A DNA stretch of 64,000 nt, taken from the NCBI GenBank assembly GCA_964304625.1, contig OZ199840.1:1962532-2026531 (forward strand), read 5' to 3'. The position numbers and the translations under genes are program-made. Position 1 is the first letter of the stretch, and every line of letters begins with the position of its first letter. Source of the stretch: Kudoa neothunni. Taxonomy: Eukaryota > Animalia > Cnidaria. Shown in pieces: positions 55,428 to 64,000 of this stretch. The notes below the pieces were generated by a model. The model worked only from the letters and a program-made list of their open reading frames with translations. It searched no databases and had not been told where the DNA came from.

Positions 55428-55624
55428 ACTGAGCTTTTAAACTTTCAGAAGAATTTTTTGAGTTGATTTACGTAAAATAAGAATAGTTGTTTTAGATGGT
55501 TACTTAATAATTAGTAAATACATAAGCTTCTGAGTTAGAAGTAGAGTTTCTAAAAAGCGTGAACGTGACAGAAAATCGTGATAAATAATGCATTTTACGC
55601 CCATCACGCGTAAGACGTTTTTTT

Positions 55625-55775
55625 GTTTACGAGGTAAAGCCCCTTGCGCAACTCATTAGGATGTGGAATTCTGGTTGGTCATACCTCTTCCATTAACGCT
55701 TTAGGAACCGCAGGACGTAACATGAAAATGTGGTATCCGACCTCGGCAGATACGCGCGTGACTCGAGCAGAAACC
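55625..55775 (-). mobile_element. SINE body/3' fragment related to the element at 16276
   Basis: ctgcggttcctaaagcgttaatgg matches 16676-16699 at 21/24. Ends in ggggctttacct. Confidence 0.45.
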
Positions 55776-57721
55776 TTAGTCAATGTGATTTTTTAATAAA
55801 CGTGACATTATCTAATATAAAAAATATTATGTTTTCGCATCACTGAAAACTCGGTTTTCCATTTTTTTTAATGGACACAAACATTTTGGAAATAACAAAA
55901 TTTTTCGTCTGATTAAATTCAATGACTGTTGGCAAATAAAATAGATGATATGTATAGGATCAAGATATAACATTTTTCAGAAATTTTTCTTTGAAATATT
56001 TTATATTATAAAAATGGGTTTACTTTGAAAGTAATCTCAAAAACAATTCAATGCGATTATTACCGTGTCAAATATGACCATACAACCTCAAATAGATTAA
56101 CATCACAATTGGAGCGTTAGAAATATTAAGTTGAGTAAAATGGACGGTTGAAATATAGTTTCTTAAAAATGATTATACTTAATGTTCATATGAGATAGGA
56201 ATTATTTTAATTATTCTGGTGGAAAGAGGCGATGTATAATAATGATAGTTTATTAATAATATTGTGCTTAAAAATATAGCATAGTTCTCCCAGCTTAAAT
56301 AAGTAATTATTTATTATTTTAAAATTCAAATTGAAAAATCACTTTGTCGTTTTTAAAGTATGCAATTTTGCCCAAGATTTGGAAATCATTCGTTAGTCGA
56401 ATATTTAGTAATTTTGAATCTATTTATAAAAACTTCTCCTATTTTATTATATTTAATCGAGTTAACTGTGACTTGTTAATGAACTTTAGATTAAGTTAAA
56501 CTGCTTAACAAATTTTAATCTAATAGAATATAAATTATAATGGAATTGTAAAGTTGATTATCCTAAATAATTAATTATTTATTTAATATCTTTTGATGTA
56601 AATATTTTTAGATATTTTTTAGAAGAGTCCTTAAGATATATTCGTTAATGTAAAACTAATTTATGGTATTTCATATGCAGAGTCGAGATTATTACAATTT
56701 TTATAATTATAAATATTAAATTTTAATTTTAATTAAAAGAATATAGAAGATTTTTTTATGTAATTTATTAATCTCGTTTATTGATAAGAAACCTGATATA
56801 GTTAAGCTTAAAAAACTCACTTGGAAATTCAATTAGTTTGATAAAACATAATTATAAATGTTGTTACCTTTATTAGGTATAAAATTTTAACTTTTAAATA
56901 AAAAGGTCTTGTTAATTAATGTAATTGCTTCGTATCCTGATTTCTTCATGTCACACATAAATAACTGTTATTTCCGCACTTAAAGGATTCAATCCCATTT
57001 CTATAAATAATTCTGTTTTATATATATCATAATTGTTAATATACAAATTGTCTATTTCAATCATAAAAAATCTAAACAAAAGTGCGATTATTACTTCTAA
57101 ATAAAGAAAATTTATTTTTGACCCAGAATAGAGCTTTAATAGATTTTTTCGAACAGAATTATAATACAGCTTTTCCATAAAAAACGCCCTAATGTGATTA
57201 TTTGCTATTTATTACGTTAAAAATTAACTCTAATGTAAGAAAGGAAGTTTTTTCTCATAGAATTAGTACAAGATTTTGTTTTATTTTGGAAGAACGCGGC
57301 AGTTCCCATCTAAAATTTATTTGCTAGATAATTATAATATAATATTCACCATATGAATATTTGTTGGAAAATCATATTACTATAATTAAAAAATTTTTTT
57401 ACGGAGGAAATTATTTTTAGTTTACGTAACTATTACATAGAAAAATGTATATAAATGTTAATTAGATGTTTCTTATTATATGAAAATATTAAAGAAATAA
57501 AAACCTATGAGCCGATTAACTTGTTGGTATTAAGATGGAAATTTGGCACCTAAGAGTTACAAATATGGACTTTTGAATGTATCTTATATAAAGTAATATT
57601 ATTATCCTGGATCTTAATAATATGTAACGATAGTAGGTTATTCTCAATCGATGATTCATAGTAAAAACAATTTATCACCAACGAAACCAAATTACAGGAT
57701 GGATCAATACATCTCACATAG

Positions 57722-60700
57722 ATGCGTAAATGGTCAAATGCAAACACTTGGCGACTCAATGCAATGAAATCTATCTTCTTTTTTGTTTTTGTTGTATGCG
57801 GGATAGAAATCGCCCACATCGACAATGTTCCATTTTTTGTGAGATGGCTAGATGGTGATTAGTTTTTTCCGTAAAGTCGAATCAAAATATTTCCAATAGA
57901 AGCTAGATATTTGTCTTGCCACATCGACTCAAAGGATTCGATAAGTTTGGGAACGACAATCACTATTTTTGAAACCAGAACCAACACGTCATTTATCATT
58001 GAAATACCCACGAATGTAAGCTTTGCATGTTGTTTTTAATAGCGTTTTATATTAAGGCAAATAATGCCATTTTAGAACTGTAAGTGTGAAAAAGTCACCG
58101 AATCACCAACAAAGGCATACTATTTGGTCCCATGTGATACAGATAAAGTAATTTTGGATTACTGTGAATTTTTTTAGTTGATTCTGTTAGCAATACCGAT
58201 ATAGCTCCAATTCCAAATATTACATATATGATCCCATGACTAGGTGTGAGTAATTTAGGTTGAGCTGATGTAATATTTTGTAGTGAGTTAACCTGGTTGA
58301 AGTTGAAAGAAGGGAATGATGCAAAAATTCAACATGCTTCATGGATTGGAAAAAATGATTCTCTAGTATAATTGAAATGATCCAATATTTTTCACCCTGG
58401 AATAGATTGGGATTGTAGAAAATGACATATACTATGTGGAATCGGTGCAAAACTACAACAACGAGAAAATAGAGGTTTCAGTCCAGAAAATTACCTTTGA
58501 TGGGAGTGAATCCATATATAATGGTTTCCCAGACTGGATGTACGAGGAAGAAATAACCAACAATGATCACATGTATTGGTCGAGTACGGATGGAAACCTC
58601 CTGTTATATAGCAGAATCGATGACACCAATGTCCCAAAAACAACCACGATACCTCAGGAACTATCCGATGGAGAGACCACCTCAAAACCAAAAGTACCCT
58701 ACTCGCATGTATGCATTTCAAGTGGTATTGTTTCGTCTTTATGTCGACGTTTGGTTATAGCCTGGAGAAAATATCCCAATGATCGAAATGATTGTGGTGA
58801 ATTTGAAAAATGGAATGAAATGGAAACTAAAACCGCCTCATGATATGACAAAAAATGAGGGTCTCATTTTTTACAGTGCAAAATGGGTTCTCTCTCAAGA
58901 TGAAGTGTCATTGAGTTGGGGAAACCGATTCCAAAACCATCTTTTTCATATTTATTATTTTTTCACCAGAGGAGATATCTCCAACGACGGCATTCCATCA
59001 ACGCCAGACAACCAGCCTATTTTAAAAGCAGGTTTTGAAGTATTTCATCAGCTGGCTTCTTTTGTGCACTGATATCTTTATTACTATCCAATATTTAGAT
59101 GTACGAATATCGAATTAAAGATGGATGGATTGATGAGATTATGGTAGATAGTTAGTTGGTTAAGTTTTATTTTTTATACCTTTGATGTAGAGAAAGAAGA
59201 TTTTGATTGATAAAGAAGGTCATTATGCTTATTTCGCAGCCCCTCTATTCAGTCCAATTCACGAAATATCAATCGATGCGGAACCCGTTGATAATCAAGT
59301 CGAACCCAAAAACAGTTATATGCGGATTTATCGCTCAGATTTAACCCATATTTTTATGGAAGTGAATTTGATGTTGTCGATCCTTGGTGACTGGGAAGTA
59401 ACTCAGTTGGTTTGCGTTAATCAAGACTATCTGTAAGTCAAAATTATGTTATTTAAATTTGACCATAATATTGGCAAAGATACTTTATGTCAAATGAGAG
59501 GAGTCCGTTAACACAAAATCTTTATTACGTAAACAAAAATATTGATATCGGCGATGAGGCCAACAACAATGCAGATAATACCACGAAGCGGCCAGGTTCT
59601 GTGTATTATTCTCTTATGGAAGATCAAAGCACACATTGTATCACATGCAACATGGGAGAGTATCAAGATTGTAAATATGCAGTTGCATATCCAAATAAAG
59701 AATGCAGCAACATCTTTATTGCCTGCACAAGTATTAATTGAAATAAAAAATAATTATATAAGGTAAATTATTGATAGATGAATACGGGGACGAAATCAAT
59801 GCGCTCTACAGCTACAACGAAGAGGATGGTCATAAAACCACAATTTACGCCACCTCCAAATCTGAAAGGCGATCTTGGGACGATCAAGACCCCTTCAAAA
59901 CCAATGATATATCAATAAATTGTTTCACATTACATAACAAGGATAATGAAAGTATACAGCGGCGCATTCAACCAGCTAGGTGCATAAGTTTTAAAACTGT
60001 AGGCATTGAGGTTTGTGAATATTCCAAGTTGAGTGCTTTCAACGAATCTAAAGACTCCAGTGACAATGTTTCGAAGCTATTATTAATAAATGTGTAAATT
60101 TGAGGATATTTTAAATGTTTGTTGAAATATTTTGTAGATATGGAGGCCCTGAGAGTAGTTCGGTAAGTCATAAGTGGTGTATGTTAAATCTATTGACTTT
60201 TTCTGTAATTAGGTAATGTTATTACCACCTATTAAACTGACGGAAAAATTCTTGAATGATATGCCAAACATAGTCGCAGTCGCAATCGATGGGTCTGGCA
60301 CGTACGGGAGGGGTTCCAAGTACTCTAATAAAGATCTCAAGCAATAATGATTTAATTTTTACATAATTAAGAATTAGGTTCAAAGTTTATAAAAACTTAG
60401 GATTTCACGAATCCGAGGATATAGCAGATGTTATAAGGTATTAATTTGAACATATTTTTTAGTCTAACTGTTTTTTTCTCGCAGATTCTACATAGCCAAT
60501 AGAAACATTAGCCAAAACAAAATCTGCATTTGGGGATGGGTATATTACTAAAATTATGATATAAATCTAAAAATATGAATTAAACGTGTGTATTGTTGTT
60601 AGTCTTATGGGGGTTTTATGTCACTCACAACTGTGGCTCGTCAAATCAATCTTATAAATTGTGCTATGGCCGTGGCCCCAGTTACCGACTGGTATTTTTA

Positions 60701-61900
60701 TGGTAAAAAAATAAATAATCAATAAAGATTATTTCTCAATTTAATTCTAAAATTAGACAGTTTCTATACCGAACGATATATGGGTTCCATTCATGAAAAC
60801 GGCCTTAACTACCAAGTACAGATTATTCTTGATTAATTTAATGGATCATAGACTACCTCATTAATTCAAAATGTAAAAAACCTTACTGGATCACATTTAT
60901 TTTTGGCTCATGGCTTAGATGATGGTAAACATTGATAAATTATGATTATTCTCACATACGTTTAGATAACGTGAGTCCTGTGAATACAATTGTACTTTTG
61001 GATCTATTGAAAAAAGAAAAAATTGACGTGTCCTATTTTGTAAGTTATTTAATATACAAAAATTAATAACTTTAATTTACGAAAATGTTCGAACAATTAT
61101 ACATATTCTCTTTGTCTATACTTAATATTATTAAGTTATATAATAAAAATTACATTAAAATCAACATAATTATCATAATTAATTCATTTGGAGAAGCTTA
61201 TAAAAAAAGGAAATTTTGTGTTAATTTATAAATAATTTGTTTATTATTTTATCAAAAATTACTAGAGTTATTTCCCAGATTCGTCCATGGTTTTTACTGC
61301 GTTGAAGAATCTCTTCAAAAATGTTTTAGAATTAAAAAAATGATAAAAATACAATCTTGCTTTAATTTAACTATTTAAATTGATTTTATAAATAAAACGT
61401 AAATTTTTTTACTGAGATCGTATCAAATTATAAAATCTACATAATTAGATGAAAATTAATTTTACTCAAACTGACATAACAATTAATACATCTATTTGAA
61501 CCACTACCTAAATAAACACTGTTATTTTCATATAGAGTGATGATATAGTTAAATTATCAAATTATTTTTGAATTTTTAAAGGAATGTTAACTTCCACTAA
61601 ACACCACTGTAAAAGTCGAAATAAATCCTATAAATAAAGTCGTGTAATTCGCGCAACAATTTAAAAATTTATAAAATAATTATCATTAAACGATTTGATA
61701 ACCTTTGAAATTGTAATGATAAAATAAATTACTTTTTTAATATTTTAAAATTATCAGGCAGCGATTTCCGATGCGTTTTAGTCCCCACACACCCTACCAC
61801 TCATACCATGTATGAGGACAACTCCACATCATTTCTCAAAAAAATGTTTTAATGTATCTACCTTTAGGTGGGGTAAGTATTTTCATTATATTTGCATTAA
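57722..61900 (+). CDS. Dipeptidyl peptidase IV family (S9B) type II membrane protein; last exon appears corrupted
   Basis: N-terminal TM anchor, IYNGFPDWMYEEEI, GDWEV, HCITC, YGGP, IDGSG, spliced GW|SYGG catalytic Ser, AVAPVTDW..YD..YTERYMG and HGLDD|DNV catalytic Asp. The 3' coordinate is approximate. Confidence 0.88.
61262..61536 (-). mobile_element. Helitron-like copy in the last DPP4 intron
   Basis: Reverse-complement 3' end ggacgaatctgggaaataactCTAG|T resembles the end of the 46526-46839 element. The reverse-complement 5' end starts tctatatg. Confidence 0.5.
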
Positions 61901-64000
61901 AAATAAAAAACCAGTCTACTCTAACAAGAAAACAGATGTAAGTAAAATAAATATATTGATATTTAATTAAATGTTTAGACTTTTTCGTGTCTTTTTTGGG
62001 CGATAATTAGGTCAAAATGGGGCTCCTTATCAGTTAAAGATATACATAAATCATAATATTTGAATGAACTATATATATATATTAATATTTTAGTAAAAAA
62101 TCAGATGTTGATTATTGTGCATGCGCATGTGCGAAATCGATATTTGTAATTTTTTTGTTTAATTATGAATTTAAAAATTAAATGAGGAAAATTAACATAT
62201 GGCTCCACATTTAATGCTAAATTTTAATTTATATAAGATTTGAGTATAAATTGATTCTATGTTGAAGTATAAAAATTTAAAATAATATAACAACAAAAAT
62301 AAATAACTTAACTTTGACGTTAATGAAAGTTTACGTCTTACTTTCCTTATAGTCTAATTAAAAAATAAATAATATTTTTAATAATTCTACCCATTTAAAA
62401 ACACTTACCTAGTCATCAATCTTCCCATTAAAAATCAAATATTACATAATTTATTTATTTATGAATAGAAAATAGTAGATTGAAATAAAGTTAAATCTCA
62501 ATAAAATTCATCAAATGTTTATTTGTTTATTAGATTTATATCAGCTACGGTTGCGCAAGAATCACACATGATATATTTTCGAGAGAGATTCTGATTACTT
62601 AGAATCGGTACACTATGAGCGAAGCAAGCTTGGTTGAAAAATTTTTTGTTGAATCAGGGCGTGAGTTTCTGATCCCAAGTAACTATCTCCTGGAACCCTA
62701 AGCGAGAAGCCCTGCTCTAAATCGAGCTGATACAACAAGAATTCATATTTCTAATTCAACAATACAGCAGGTACTTGACACTTGACCGAGGATTTCAATT
62801 AATCAAAATGGGGAATAAAATTGAATAATATAATGTAAAAAATTTAACTAAACAAAAGATAGATAACTTTTATGAACTTGCGTGAAATTTGGACTTTAAA
62901 CTTCGATTTTTAAAGGAGGAAAATCAGCATTTAATGCATTGGTGGACTGGTGGAACCCAGAGGAGTCCATAAAGGGTTAATTACTATTAAGCTTATAAGC
63001 ATATCTAAAAAATTATAAAAATCATTTTTTTTTATTTTAGTTTTAATATCTTTTAAGTTAACCTAAAATTTTAATTAACTCTGTATGGAATGAAGAAAAA
63101 TGTGCATTACAGCCAACAACGGTTATTGCGTAAGTGGATATTGCACATTTTCCGTTATGTGCCACTATTTTATCGTTTAATAAGATGCTGCTCTCTCTTA
63201 TAAATCTTTTAAGTTATTAAGAAAACATTTTGAATTATTTATTTAAATAGATTTTCTCTATAGATACTAGAAAATGGATATCATGCACTAATTTTAGTCA
63301 CCATTAAATTGATCAATATCTCCAAATCAAAGTGTATTGTCATTATTTGGTTATTTTTATTTTAAAGAAGTAGAGCGGAATTAAACGTTGATTTCAAAAT
63401 TTTTATATTAATAAACATTATTCATGGTTAATTTATTAAACAATAAAAATGGAATTAATAGTCAACGCAGAAAAAACTTTATATTATAATTTCTAATTTT
63501 ATCCAAGTGAATAAATTTTTCACTACATTGGTTCCATTACAGGAATGCGCGTTGTTCTTTAAAGCTGAGTAGATTCGTTGATTTTAATCTATCTGTGGTC
63601 ATTGTGCATCAAGAAAATAAATATAATGATACAAAGTTTTGTACACTTTCATTGTTAGATTGTTTTAGGTTTAAATCAACTCTAATATTTGTCATAAAAT
63701 AGATGGTAATTAAAACACAGAATAAATTTCTTCATTAAAGCGGATTTTAATCGCTGAATAAATCTGGAAATTTTTTAAAAACAATGTATAAAGCATTTTT
63801 ATTACATTTAATGTAAATAATGTAACTACGACAAATGGTCAATGATAATGTGGATGACATTTAAATATTGTTTATAAAAAACTGTGTACTTAATTGCTAA
63901 ATACAAATTGATTTCTTTTATACATATATCCCTGAGAGCCTAATATCAATGATCGAATTGATGATAAATCAAATATAGATGATCCGATAGAATTCTGGAG

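Overview
This is eukaryotic (animal) genomic DNA, not prokaryotic. It is very AT-rich, with many short introns (mostly about 40-90 nt) that usually end in TAG and have weak donors. The proteins are highly divergent, which suggests a reduced-genome parasitic metazoan such as a myxozoan or mesozoan (inference only). I spliced the genes by hand because the ORF track shows only exon fragments. Genes found: the 3' part of a GON4L/YARP-like Myb-domain gene, MYPT1/PPP1R12, an integrin alpha, SDHAF2, a discoidin (F5/8C) ectodomain followed by a GPS-like motif and 7TM region (probably one divergent adhesion GPCR), a class A GPCR, a degenerate ZnT/CDF transporter, NIP7, CDKAL1 and a DPP4-family peptidase. 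The intergenic and intronic space holds decayed DNA transposons (MULE, piggyBac, hAT, pogo-type MITEs, Helitrons) and tRNA-derived SINE-like elements. The most notable observations are: NIP7 and CDKAL1 converge and overlap in a TTATAA palindrome where each gene's last Leu codon is the other's stop codon; the discoidin-type adhesion GPCR; and a MYPT1 whose ROCK-inhibitory region appears replaced by symmetric proline-rich mini-exons. Coordinates were counted by eye and may be off by a few bases.
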